A stretch of DNA of 64,000 nucleotides, taken from positions 161,634,001-161,698,000 of the forward strand of contig NC_091470.1 of the NCBI RefSeq assembly GCF_036971445.1, written 5' to 3'. The notes under the pieces were generated by a model. That model ran no database searches. It saw only the letters and a program-made list of their open reading frames with translations, and was not told the DNA's origin. This document shows positions 35,049 to 48,222 of the stretch, piece by piece. The DNA comes from Narcine bancroftii (Eukaryota). The position numbers and the translations under genes are program-made. Positions within the stretch are counted from its first letter, which is position 1. Every line of letters begins with the position of its first letter.

Positions 35049-36937
35049 ATAGAATAAACATAGAAACCTAGAAGATAGGAGCAGGAGTAGGTCATTTGGC
35101 CCTTCGAGCCTGCTCCGTCATTCAATGAGATCATGGCTGATCTTAAAGTTCAGTACCCCATCCCCTCCTTCTCTCTGTAACCCCTAATTCCCTTATACTG
35201 AAGAAATATATCTAATTCCCTCTTAAATAGATTTAATGAACCTGCCTCTACTGCTCTCTGTGGTAATGAATTCCACAGATTCACCACCCTCTGGGTACAG
35301 AAAATCCTCCTCATCTCGGTTCTAAATGGTTTGCCTATTATCCTCAACCATGGCCTTGAGTTCTGGACTCCCCCACCATTGGAAACATCCCTTCTGCATC
35401 CATTCTGTCCAGTCCCGCCATAATTTTATATGTCTCTATGAGATCCCCTCTCAATCTTCTAAACTCCAGCGAGTACAATCCCAAATTGCGCAATCTTTCC
35501 TCATACGTTATTCCTGCCATTCCAGGTATCAGCCTGGTGAATCGCCTCTGCACTCCCTCCATTGCAAGAACATCCTTCCTCAGATAAGGTGACCAAAACT
35601 GCGCACAATACTCCAGGTGTGGTCTCACCAAGGCTCTCTACAGCTGCAGTAAGGTATCCTTATTCCTATACTCAAACTCTCTTGATATGAAGGCCAACAT
35701 ACCATTTGCCTTTTTAACCACCTGCTGTACCTGCATGCTCGCCTTCAGTGACTGGTGCACAAGAACCCCTAGGTCTCTCTGCACTTCCCCATCTCCCAAT
35801 CTATTGCCATTCAAATAGTAATCTGCTCTCTGGTTTGTATTACCAAAGTGGATAACTTCACATTTATCCACATTGTAGTGCATTTGCTATGTATCTGCCC
35901 AGTCCCCCAATTTATCCAAATCACACTGGAGCTTCCGACCCCCTCTTCAGTGCACACAATTCCTCCTAGCTTAGTGTCGTCTGCAAATTTGGAGATATTA
36001 CATCCAATCCCCTCATCCAGATCATTAATGTAAATTGTGAACAGCTGGGGTCCCAGTACAGATCCCTGTGGCACCCCACTGGTCACCATCTGCCACTCAG
36101 AAAATGAGCCGTTTATCCCAACTCTCTGTCTTCTATCTGCCAGCCAGTTCTCAATCCACATCATTACCTTGCCCCCAATCCCATGAGCCTTGATTTTGCA
36201 TGCCAGTCATTTATGTGGGACCTTATCGAAGGCCTTTTGGAAGTCCAGGTACACCACATCCACTGGCTCTCCCCCATCTATTTTACCTGTCACCATCTCA
36301 AAGAATTCCAATAGATTTGTCAAGCACGATTTACTTTTTGTAAATCCATGTTGACTCTGTCCGATCCCTTCTCTGCTAATCATATACTCTGCTATTACAT
36401 CCTTAACAATGGATTCCATCATTTTGCCCACTACTGATGTAAGGCTCACCGGCCTATAATTCCCCGCTTTTTCTCTACCCCCCTTTTTAAATAGTGGGGT
36501 AACATTAACTATCCTCCAAACCATCGGTACTGATCCCGAGTCTATCAAGTTCTGGAAAATAATTCTTAAAGCATCTGCTATCTGAATGTCCACTTCTTTA
36601 AGTTCCCTAGGATGTAGATTATCAGGGCCTTGGTATTTATCGGCCTTCAGTCCCTTCAATTTCCCCAAGACCATGTCCTTAGAGATACTGATTTCTGTCA
36701 GCTCCTCCCTTGCATTAGTCTCTATGTTTCCCAACATCCTTGGGAGGTTATTTGTATTCTTTCTTGTAAAAACAGAACTAAAGTAAGAATTTAATCGGTC
36801 TGCCATTTCCTTATTCCCCATTCCTTCCTGATTCCAACTGCAAGGGACCTACTCTGGATTTCACCATTTTTTTCCTCTTGACATATCTATAAAAGCTTTT
36901 ACAGTTGGTTTTTATGTCAGAATCAGAGGACTATATA
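35049..36937 (-). mobile_element. CR1 LINE, 5'-truncated, 1.9 kb (RT domain, disrupted)
   Basis: [64 protein letters not shown]; (TTCTATGT)-type tail; 7-bp TSD ATGGCTC (35042-48 and 36938-44). Confidence 0.93.
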
Positions 36938-38708
36938 ATGGCTCGATGGACTGAATGGCCTACTGCAGCACCTATTGTCTAAGAGGTCATTCTGCTTCGC
37001 CCACAGACAAAAGAATCTCAGGGTTGTATGTAATGCCATGTACGTACTCTGACAATAAATTTGAAATCCGAATCTATTAAATATTAAGCATTTTTCAATG
37101 TTCAGCTTTTTTTAAATTTTAATTTAAAACTGTTATCCCTAGATTCTTCATAGCTGGCAAAGTTATTTTATTGAATGATGGAGCAGTTGAAAATGGTGAA
37201 ATGGCTTATTCTTGATTCTATGTCTTAAGTCATGAACAAGCCAACTTCAGAGCAGTATAGAGAATTGCCCTCTTCCTAACTACCCGAAATGCAACAAATT
37301 GATGCTTGGCATTGACTTTGAGTGGGCTGAGCTGCAAGAAAGAACTCTTGATGACTGACTAATGGGTGCAAATGTCCAGGACAGGATTAACAGACCCATT
37401 TGCTGACCATGAGCCTGTCCACAGATCAATAACTAATAATAATACTAGTGTGCACTAGTGAGGCAACATTGCACAAGCCTCCAGCAAAATTAGATTCCTC
37501 CTATTTCTGAAGGCCTCTGCATCAGCCAATAGGCCTTTACATCATTCATTCTCAGGAAGGCAAATTACACAGTGACCTCAAGAATACCCTGACTTTAAAC
37601 AAAATTACTTTCTATATTTGAGCCAACAAACAATGAAGTTCTACCATCAGGCCTATTGATTGTCAGTGTTAATAATTCAGGAGAGCCTGCTCACGTTTTG
37701 TACAGGCTCACAAAATTGTTTAGAGTAGCAAGCTCTGAGCACACCACACATCCATTTTATGGGAATCACAGCCAACCCTGAGCAGCAGACATTGTAAAGA
37801 AGTGGGGGCATTTTGATCAGTGGACTGGTCAATATCTTGTTCTGAGGAAGATGGCTAACGGTTATAGACAAACTGTTTTCTGGAATAAAAAAATGAGTTT
37901 CAGCCCATATTTAAGGGGTAAAAAAATAATGGAAATAAAAATGGAATTTTAAAGATGTCTGTAAGGAATAGGATAGTGAGCAAGCAGTTCCAGGGTCATT
38001 GTGGAGATTGAATTAAAGGCTTAAGATGGATTCAACAAAAGTCTCCTCAAGGACGAGTCATTATTATATAGCCCAATTGAATTTGTGCTAACACACAAAC
38101 ATGCTTTGTCTTGTTAAGCACTCAATCAGGATAAAATTGGAATTTGTTTGATTGCATTTTGCATTGCAGGGCCGATCCTTGGTGTAAGTTGGCAAAACTC
38201 CAGTGTAGGAAAAGTAAGAGGGCACCAGCCGGGGGGAGCTGTGCCCATTGAGGCTGCATGCCCATTGTGCCGTAGATTTAAAAAAAATCCTGTTATGAGG
38301 AATGACCTTAACTTTATAGCTTGGTCACTTTGCAGTAAATTAGACAAGAAAATCAAATGGCCAAGATGGCTCTGAAAGTTCTAAGCCATAAGACCCAGGC
38401 CATAATATCCCAGTGCTACTGTGAGCAAAGAATGTATCTCAGTTGGAGGAGCTACCTAACGGGATCAAGCTGTTGAGTCTGACTTGCATTAGGTTCTGAC
38501 AATTTCTTTTATCAACATTTATCTCTATCACCTTCTCCATCTGGGATTTGAGGCAATATATAAATGCTGGTCAAAGCAAAACTTGAATTATATGAATCTT
38601 TCATTCTGTTTAGCAGTCAGACTTTGCTGAAAAACTGTCAGCATGTAGAAAACATTAAATGGTGAGCTGGTTAATAAATTTGCCCTTCAGCTTTTTCTGC
38701 TTACTGGC

Positions 38709-38937
38709 TGTGGTTCAGGAACAAACACAAAACTCGAGAAGACCGTACTACAGGCATTAATCAGCTTAAAATTGAACGCCAGGTCTGTGTGACCTCTGGT
38801 TCCACGAGCCTAACTGATTTAGGAAGGGGCCGGCTCGAGTCGATGATTGACAGCCAGCATGCTGGGGCTAGCCTCCCAGGTTGCCCCCTGCAGTAGGCCA
38901 GTAGGAGCGCGGCTATAGTACTGGTTGTATCACCACA
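38709..38937 (-). mobile_element. Solo LTR (229 bp)
   Basis: TGTGGT...ACCACA termini; 5-bp TSD CTGGC (38704-08 and 38938-42); shares GGTTGCCCCCTGCAGTAGG with the 25082 LTR. Confidence 0.85.
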
Positions 38938-39624
38938 CTGGCAAAGGTTAGGTACTTCACGTTGGAGTTTGATACTTACTGAAAGATCTTCCAATTCATT
39001 TTGTAGCAAGCTTATATCCATGCAGCCTTCATTTCACCAATGATTTCTAATGCTCTTGCAATAGAAAATACTGCCATTTGCAGAGCAGAATGAGTTGGGG
39101 CTATTCAGAGTGATTGGAAGCAATGCTCTTACATGAAACAGGGGGAAAATATGTTTGTTTACCTCCCGAGGTTTCTATTCTCTTGCTCATTTGCAACATT
39201 TAAATGAAGCTGCGTAGTTTGTTTTCTGTAAGAAATGGAAGACTCAGTGGTTGTCTAGCTTTAAAATTATGAAGGGATTCTGTGAGACAGACATGAAGGA
39301 GATGTTTCCATTTGTGGAAGGGTAAAATGTTGGAGGGCAGTGATAATCCAATAATAAATTTGTGGGAAATAACATTTCTCAAGGAATACTGATAATATGG
39401 ATGAAGTATTTGGTAAAGATGTGTTTAATGAGAGACTGGACATTTAAATGTCATTTGGATGGGCATATGGATAGGTGCAGGCAAATGGGACTAGACAGAT
39501 GGGCAATTATTTCAGTTGGGCCGAATGGCCTGTTTCCATGTTGTGTAGCTCCGTGATTCTATAACTCTTAATGTCAGCCAAAAAGTGCTACGTTTGAGGT
39601 TAGAAATGCTCTATCATTGGGTTC

Positions 39625-39724
39625 CTGTGAAATGAGGTCAGCACAAGATACTGGATGTATTTTACTGATTTGTGCTGTGAAATGAGGTCAGCACAAGATA
39701 CTGGATGTATTTTACTGATTTGTG
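39625..39724. repeat. Perfect 50-bp tandem duplication
   Basis: CTGTGAAATGAGGTCAGCACAAGATACTGGATGTATTTTACTGATTTGTG occurs twice in tandem. Confidence 0.97.
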
Positions 39725-41819
39725 TCTGCTGAAATTGCCACCGAAAGTAAAGGCAGGTTGCGACTATCGTTTACTGTCACTGGTACTGGGATGCAGAGAA
39801 AATCTTAGATTTTTTGTGCTCTCCAGGGATTGCAAAAAAATGTCACTGCTCTCTGCCACCATTTTGGATTTTGGATTTAAACTCACAGAAAACATGGTAA
39901 AAACAAAGTCACATGACTGATCTTGACAGTGGTCAAACTGTGTTTTGAGCATTTTAACATTACAAGCAAATGAAATTCATTCCCAGCAGCTTCTTGCCAT
40001 TCTTGGGGCTGCTTTGTGACAGCAGGTGGGTGGGAATCTGACTTGGCCAGTCACTCTATGCCGTCAGTAATGGTCCTGGTAAAAGCTTATCCCGGTGGGA
40101 TGTCCTAAAGCTGTTTCAGAGAGAAGCCATGCAGTGATGTAGGAAGTGTAAGAAAGGAGTTGGTGATGTACGCTTTAGAGAAATCTTTTGATTGAGTTTG
40201 AGTGTTAACTAGATGAGGTAATTCATGAAATGCTCTTCAGCGATGGTATGCAGTCAAAAATAGAAAACTGTGTAGGAATAGATTGGCTACATGCAGCCAT
40301 CATGATTTGCTGCGCAGAGATAAACACAGAGACACACTTGGCAATGGAGCTATTTTCTTGCCCATCCCTATGGACAATTTCTAAAATCCTTCCAAGACAC
40401 CTCTGAGAAGAACTGAGACAAACTTCATCCAGTGAGAAAGCACGGGATATGCCACATCCTTTTAATAGTGGGAGCTGTGAGTTTGCAGATTCTATTTGCA
40501 CGGGCTGTCCCAAGACAACTAAGTCACTAGGATTGGCAGCTGTTTTATATTTGAAGAGAAGTTCATTTCTTCCCAGTATCACCCACTGAATGGGCCAGCA
40601 GTGTTCACTGAGAGAACTGGATTGGGTATAACCTCTGTGACGCCTCACTGATGACCTTTGTCCTAGTTCTGGCATGAAGATTTTCACGGTGACAGAGCAC
40701 AACGGAAAGCAAAGCTCACAAAATTATGTGAACCCAGATGTCAGGAGTTACAGGAGTCCTGTGGAACCATATGCTGCAAGCAATCATTTGTTTATAAGCC
40801 CCATCAAACTTTTCTCCACAAACAGTAAATAGCTCATGGAGAGAAGGCCGAAAATGACAGTGCCAGGAATTGCAAATACTTAGCAATAAATATCACCAGC
40901 AATTAAGTCTGCTCTTTTCTTCCCCAATCAATCATTGGGAATAACTGTAGTTACAGCACTATTTTGCCAACCCTGTGTTAATCTATTTTAAAGCACCGAA
41001 CATGCCAATAAGATGCAATCCATCTCCGTGCTAATAATCGTCGGCACTTTCGCCATTACCTTTGACCTAAGAAGATGCAAAACATCCCTCTCAATATAAG
41101 ATGTTATGAACATATTTCACTCAATTGCAGATTTAAAGATGAAAGCACTTCCTAATTTTTAAATTAATTATTAATATTTCTTAATTACATTAGCTAATCC
41201 CCTCAAATATCTGAGGGCCAGTTTGTAAGGGGACTCAATCGAATAAAAGTAACACTAATGTCAAATTTTTGGAGAATTAGACTTTACCTTTGAAGCACTT
41301 ACTAGTTACTGTTATCTACTACTAAATGGGGTCCATCTCTTTAGAATGCTTTCTAAAAGGGCTGGTGAAATGTTGGCATGGACATTATTTGATTAATGGG
41401 TTATTAATGATTTGTTATTCATTCATATGTTACGAGAGGAGCAGTCATCCCCCATTCCTAATTGTTTTGAGCTATGTCACTTGGTAAACTATTTCAGGGG
41501 TCATTGAGAGTCTGCCATTTTATAATGAATTCCAGAGGAAAGACGGGAGATTTCCTTCCCTTCAGCAAAACGATGAACAGAATCTTGTTTTTATGACCAC
41601 CTGCTTGATTCATGATAATGTTGTAACGCGACTGATTGCACTCAGAGACTTGAGAGGAGCATAAACATGCTTTGAATAGCTTACAATCAATGGCTGGTAG
41701 ATACAATAGTCCTCGGATGAATCTGAGGTAAGGTGGGGAAACCAGGGTTTATATCAGGGTAGGTGAGGATGGAGCCAGACATCTGAACTCCACACAGTCA
41801 GTGAATTCCAAAATATAAA

Positions 41820-42175
41820 AGTTTGCAGATATCGTGGTTGAAGTAAAAACTCAAAGCTGGAGAAACTTCACCAGGTTAAACAATGTCCTTTATTGAGAAA
41901 AGGTTAACCAACATTTTGGGATTGAGTCCTTCATTGAGGTAGTTTTTATTTTTAAACAGATGAGGACCAGTAAGAGAATCCCACAGAACTCTCTTCAGAG
42001 AACCAAGGAGAATTTCTTCAGATTAGGCATCCCTCGAAGAGATTTCACGGAGTTTTGCAGTAGGCAGAAGTAAAACACGAAAATCTACAGACACCATGGT
42101 TGAAGTAAAAACTTAGCAGGTCAAACAGTGCACTTTAAAGATACAGGACCAACATTTTGGGCTTGAGCACTTTCA
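41820..42175 (-). mobile_element. Two tandem Penelope 3'/pseudo-LTR remnants
   Basis: Each has GGTTGAAGTAAAAAC...CAGGT.AAACA.TG...ACCAACATTTTGGG.TTGAG (decayed hammerhead-like motif). Confidence 0.65.
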
Positions 42176-43774
42176 GAGCGACTTGTACTAGTAGATAGGA
42201 AAGATAGCATCAACTCTAACTCTCCAAAATCCTCCAAATTCAGTGGAAGAGAAGTGAACCTAAGTCCTCGCAGCACCCTGTGTATTTTCAGTTGGTCAGA
42301 CCATACATTTGCATTCCTAGCACCAGACTCCCAAAACTGGGACCCTCTTCCAAGTCGTGTCATGGGAAAATATTGGCATATAGACAGAAGAAATGATAAA
42401 AGCCGCCTCGAAAATTCCAACAATCCCATTGGCTTTCGGTATGCCCCTTCAAAGTATTCAAAGTGAAGACGGTAGTTTGAGAACTTTGAGCGTCATGCAC
42501 AGGAGCACCAAGTAGCTGAGTTGAAGTGGCCAAAGGAGTGGCCTTGTCACCAACTACCCACCCACGGACCTCACCAGGCATCTCCCAGCTCACCTGTGGC
42601 TAAATCTGTGGTTCCCCACACTAAGTTTCTCAATTACCCAGCAACCCGTAGAACCAGAATAGTGTTGAAGTGGATCCGAGGTTGCTCCACAACAAACACA
42701 CCTGCAAAAAACAAACTTTTAATCACTTTGCAAAGTGTGAGCACTTCCTTACAGCAAGAAGCCATGCCACAAAGGAGACTGGTTCGTGACTTACAAAACC
42801 ACCTTTTTAATCTCTAGTTTGCTGGAATATTTGGACTGACTGATCCCTACAAATATACACCCCTCCAAATTTCTCTTGAAATTAATTAGTTACACTACCC
42901 GAACCACCCAAGGTGTTAACAAGAAAGGAATGAAGCCCACAAATACAGCCTCCCTTTTCCTTTCCAATCAATCTTTTAAAATTTATATTTTTATTATATT
43001 CCCAAATATACTTTCACAGAAGCACGCCATCCTTGTCCCCAACGGTCCACCTAATAAGAATAGGGAGAATGAGAAGAGGAAAAAAAGATTCAGAATTTTA
43101 TCTCCACAAGGAGGGACAAAGCATTGATGGAAAATCATCTTTCTCAACGTGTTGGGATCAATAGTCCAAAATCTAGGTAACCCTAAAGAGCGACGTGTGG
43201 CTTGGTTGCTAACAAATTAACCGCTTTTGAAAGAGAATGACCTTGCCTCTTGTGTAGGATACCAGGCACAGCATGTCTGCTCCTAGATTTAAGAAACAAT
43301 TTTTCTTCAGTAATGTGTTATTGCCTGAGAAAGCAGCATCTTACCTTTTTACCGGGCTTTGCTGTTGACTCTGGGTACATCCTTTAGGCAAGAAGCTGAC
43401 AAGTAGCCGGGGATGATCCTGCTGCCAATGTGCAGGACCAAAAATGAGCTGCCAATCATCATTTTAGCTGCTGTCTGCAACCTCAGTGACCACCGTGGAC
43501 TACAGATCCATTCAACTGGAAAGTGAAGGATATGAAACAATTAAACTGTTTCTTGTTGGTGTAGCTTGAGGGAGGTTGTAAATCAGAGCAAACAGACAAA
43601 GGTGTTGAATTCAGATAGCGTGTGGCGAAGGATGAACGGCCATAATGAACATATCCCTTTTGTAGAGACTGGCATATATCTACAGATAAGCTCATGTTTC
43701 TCAACCTAAACCTGTTTCTTAATAATACAAGTCGAGACACCGCATCTGAATGCATTTATCTTTAAAATTCATTT

Positions 43775-43940
43775 GAACAGAACCTTAGTTTCATATGTTA
43801 TCCAAAAGGTTGCACCTCAGGCATTCCAGCACTCCCTTGGTAATAATCTTGATTGGTGAGCCTAAATCATGGAGTCATATAAGGGAATAAAGTATATGCT
43901 GACAGTGTGTGCTTTGATCCAGAGCTGAGTTCACCACTGA
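43775..43940 (-). mobile_element. Deu-SINE (SacSINE1/AmnSINE-like) head remnant
   Basis: TCCAAAAGGTTGCACCTC...CAGCACTCCCT is the reverse complement of the GAGGGAGTGCTG...GAGGTGC..CTTTCGGA block. Confidence 0.4.
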
Positions 43941-44511
43941 TTCTCCACTATCGAGTCTCCATTATCCTGGTGCTGCATATTATCCCAAGTTGTTGGACTC
44001 TGTTGAAATGGATCTTCACAGATGATATGCTTTGTCAGAGAGGGAGTGAGATGGGAAAATAAAGTGATGGGTAACCAGAAACAGACTGATTTCAAAATCA
44101 CTGTCACATCTTTTCAGTCGCTTCTTCATGCATTCACTAAGCTTTGAAAAAGCTCGCCCCCTCTCATCTCATGAGCATTTACTAGCTTGCTTCAATTGTT
44201 TTTCCTGCCACTCTTCTCAACCAGTATTTCCAAAGGAAAGGTCATAGATCAGCAAGTTTCCTTCCTCTCTGATGTGAAATGTGCTTCGCTCCCCCGAACG
44301 CCAAACCTTAGCGTAACAGAATCACTCCTAAAAGGGGAAAATTCTTCCATCTGGAGTGCACACCACCTATATGGAGCACTTTGCCAAATTTAAGATCAAA
44401 TGAAAATGGAGGTGCAGAGCATAAGAAACGAGAGCACAAATGAACTATCCACTATTCACCATGATGGATCTTTTATCTTAATGTCATGTTCCTGACTGAC
44501 TTATTTATGAT

Positions 44512-44950
44512 CTCAGAGTCAGTATTTATTGTCATGATCAAGTCCTGAAATTCGGTGTTTTGCAACAGCATCATAATGCAAACATTTATAGTATAACCAT
44601 CTTACATCAATAAATTAAAAAAAATTAAATATTAGTGCACGAAAAGTAAGGCAGTATCTTTGGTCCATTGTTCATTCAGGAATCTGATGGCAGCGGGGAA
44701 AAAGCTGTCCTTGTGTCACTGAATGCTCATCTTTAGGCTCCTGTACCCTTTTCCCCAATGGTAGCAGAGTGAAGAGGGCATGGCCTGGGTGGTGGGGGTC
44801 TTCGAGGATAGAGGCTGCTATTTTTAAGACACCGCCTCCTGTAGATGTCCTCGATGGAGTGAAGTCTGGTGCCTGTGATGTTGCAGGTTGAGTTAACAAC
44901 CCTCTGGGGTTTATTCTTATCCTGAGAGTTGGTGCCTCTGTACCAGCCAG
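44512..44950 (-). mobile_element. Rex/Babar LINE 3' fragment
   Basis: AASILEDPHHPGHALFTLLPLGKR; tail GACAATAAATACTGACTCTGA on the minus strand. Confidence 0.8.
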
Positions 44951-46309
44951 CCGGAATACTGCAGAAGTTTTAGAAATCTATCAATCTGAATGCAACCTGC
45001 AAAACTCCAAAGATTCAACTCCCTCCAAAATTTCTCCTTAATTCAACCCGAAAAGACTATTCCTTATTTAGCCCCTCAATTCTAGAATCCTTCACCATGG
45101 GAAACATCCTCTCCATGTCTATCCTCTCCTCTAGTTGTGTTATGTTTTAATGAAGTCACATCTGATTATTTTCACATTAGTTTTCAGTAATTTATGTAAA
45201 GGGGCACCCAGGTCCCATTATACATCAACATCTCTTTATCACTCACCATTTATATATACTCATCATTTCTCTTTTCTTTACCACAGAAATGGATATCCTT
45301 ACATTTTTACACAATGCCATGCTATTGCTCAATCAGTCAACTTGTCTGTATCCTTTTGAAGTTTCTTTTTATTCTCTTTGCTATTCACGTTCCCACTTAG
45401 TTTCGTAATGCTAGCCAAATTGTTGCACCTGTCACCAACCACCTCATATCTCTAACCTCGAGACTTTTAGTGTGACAGAACTCCAAAGATATCATACCAT
45501 TCACCATGAACGAAATACCTTGGGTTGAGATCACGGTTCCGGTGCCCCACTAAAATGCAGTATACCTGGATAAGAACTTGCAAACACCAAACTTCAATAA
45601 GCAGCACTGAAATATATGAGGTGGTGATCTGCCTTTGAGATGTTTGACAGTCTAATATTGTTTGGAATACAGAAGTCTTCCCACTGTTTCACATCTATTC
45701 TTTAAAATGATGGTACAAAACATTTTTTTAGGATATGTATGTATCAGTACCTTGAATGAGGCAGCACTCCCTTAGTATTGACTTTGATTTTGTGCTTTGA
45801 ATACATAATGTACAATTTTAACATACCTTCCCACACAGAGCCTGGTGGGCTGAGCCGTGGTGGACATTTACATTGAACCCCAACAGTGAACATTGGAAAT
45901 TCTTTTCTTTATTTGAAGTGAACAATGGGAACATTTGTCGATAGAAACTTAGAATTCAGGATGACTTCCTTCCTTCCTTCTCAATTCTATGTCTATTATC
46001 TCTTAATTATCTTGACATTTTGAGATAATTCAATTTATACTATTGGAGTTGATGAGTCTTATGTACCTGCAGCAAATAAGAATTTCAGTGCATCTGTATC
46101 TTGGACTTGGTTATATGGCAATAAACTCTCATCTCACTCATTCCTCTCTCTCGGGTCAAAATTTTGAGGTCATCTACACCACTGAATCATCTTCCTGGCT
46201 GAGATCAAACAATAGAGCGGAGGAAAGGGCTTCAAGATGGCATTATCCTGATTTACAAAGTTCCAAACTAATCCAAACTGAATGAATCATAGAGCTACCA
46301 ATGAGAGAG

Positions 46310-47810
46310 GATCTCCTATTAGGGAACAAGACAGGTCAGGTGACAGATGTATGTGTAGGTGAACATTTTGGGTCCAGTGACCATAATGTCATTAGCTTTA
46401 AGTTAATTATGGAAAAGGATGTCTGGTCCTCATGTTGGGATTCTAAATTGGAGGACGGCAAATTTTGTGGAAATGAGAAAGGATCTAGGAAGAGTAGATT
46501 GAGTTATGTTGTTTTCTGTCAAGGGTAAGTTAAGAAAGTGGATGGCCTTTCAAGGCAAAATCTTGAGAGTGCAGAGATTGTATGTTCCTATTAGGATTAA
46601 AGGCAAAGTTAACAGACATGGGGAACCCTGATTTTCAAGGGATACTGGTGATCTGCTTAAGAAAAAGAGGGAGGTGTATAGCAAGTATGGGCAACAAAGA
46701 ATGAATGAGGTTCTTGAAGAATACAGAAAATGCAAGAAAATTCCCAAGAAGGATATCAGGAAGGCAAAAATAGGCATGAGGTTACTCTAGCAGATAATGT
46801 GAAGGTTAATCCAAAGGCTATCTATAAGTATATTAAGAATAAAAAGATAGTAAGGGATAAAATTGGTCCCCTAGAGGATCAGAGTAGTCAACTATGTTTG
46901 GAGCCTCACATAATGGAGGAGATCTTAAACAGTTTTTTTGTATCAGTATTTACTCAGGAATCTGGTCCAGTGCATAAGGAAGGAAGGGAAACAAACAGAA
47001 GGGTCATGGAACATATGAAGATTAAGGAGGAGGATGTGCTTGCTGCCTTGTAGTGAAGAAAGGTAGATAAATCACCCGGGCCAGATATGATATTTCCTCT
47101 GAACTTGAGGGAGACTAGTGTAGAAATTGATGGTATATTCAAAATGTCCTTAGCCAAGGGTGAGGCGCCAGAGGATTGGAGGGTTGTCCTGTTATTTAAA
47201 AAAGGTTCAAAAATTAAGCCAGATAATTATAGGCCAGTGAGCCTGATATCAGTAGTAGGAAGAAGTTCTGAGAGATAGGATATATAGGTATTTGGACAGT
47301 CATGGGCTGATTAAAGACAGTCAGCATGGCTTTGTGGTTGGTAGGTCATGTTTAATGAATCTTTTCTTAAAAAAATATTTATTAATTTAAAACCACACAA
47401 TAAAACATATTTAAATATAATTTAAAACAATATAAATGCACGTGGTATATAGGGAATCTTGTAGTGATTTTCAAGGAGGCTACCAAGAAGGTAGATGAAG
47501 GAAAGTTTAGGACTTTATTCCTTGGAAAGAAGAAGAATGAGGGGAGATTTGATAGAGATTTACAAGATTATGAGAGATATAGACAAAGTGGGCTTTTTCC
47601 TCTTAGAATGGGGGAGATAAATACGAGAGGTCATAGTTTTAAGTTGAAAGGGGAAAGGTTTAGGGGGAATCTTGAGTTTTAAGAATAAATTGGATAGATT
47701 CATGGATGGGAGGGGTCTGGAGGGTTATGGAGCAGGTCAGTGGGTTGGCACAGACTAGAAGGGATGAATGGCCTGTTTTCTGTGCTGTAGTCTACTTTGG
47801 TTATATGATT
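46310..47810 (+). mobile_element. Internally deleted CR1 LINE (EN end, linker, RT start, 3' end)
   Basis: VGEHFGSSDHNVISF, NVKVNPKAIYKYIKNK, KSPGPD, PEDWRV..LFKKG...NYRPVSL; contains a 90-bp AT-rich insert (47364-47453) with TSD GAATCTT. Confidence 0.85.
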
Positions 47811-47971
47811 CTCTATCTAAGTGTCAGCATGGGTCAGTTGACAGCAGAGTTACTTCTTAAGATGTTTGGTGGGAGCCTTCTCAAGAATTAAAATCCAGGA
47901 TTGCATTTGATGCATTGTCGGAGGAGTGATTTTCTTGGATGAATTTGAGGCTACAGTAATGAAAAAAAAAG

Positions 47972-48222
47972 TGACATTATTTTGATGAAGACCGGAGAGT
48001 TGTCATCTGGGCCAAAATTTATCCCACCATCAGCATCACTGAATAAAACTACTTGCTCGTGACCAAGTTGTTCTGCCTTTGAGCTCATTGTGTAATTATT
48101 TAAAAGTTGTTCTCTGCATTACTACAGAGAAGGCACTTTAAAAGGCATTTTTTTTTTGCCTGTAAAGCACTTTGGGATGTCCCAAAAGGGGATGTAGAAA
48201 GTGCCATATCAATACATTTTTT
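47972..48222 (+). mobile_element. Deu-domain SINE with L2-type tail (SacSINE1/AmnSINE1-like), old
   Basis: GGCCAAAATTTATCCCACCATCAGCATCACT and tail CTGTAAAGCACTTTGGGATGTCC...GAAAGTGCCATATCAATACA match the Deu-SINE layout. Confidence 0.6.

Noticed and set aside
36207-36821. Functional reverse transcriptase gene
   Set aside because: Part of a 5'-truncated CR1 with stops and frameshifts.
40223-40702. 159-aa minus-strand ORF in unique DNA
   Set aside because: Non-ATG start, no recognisable domain and no convincing splice boundaries; length is within chance expectation.
42230-42830. Possible retroelement coding remnant
   Set aside because: No motif I could recognise in any frame; left unannotated.
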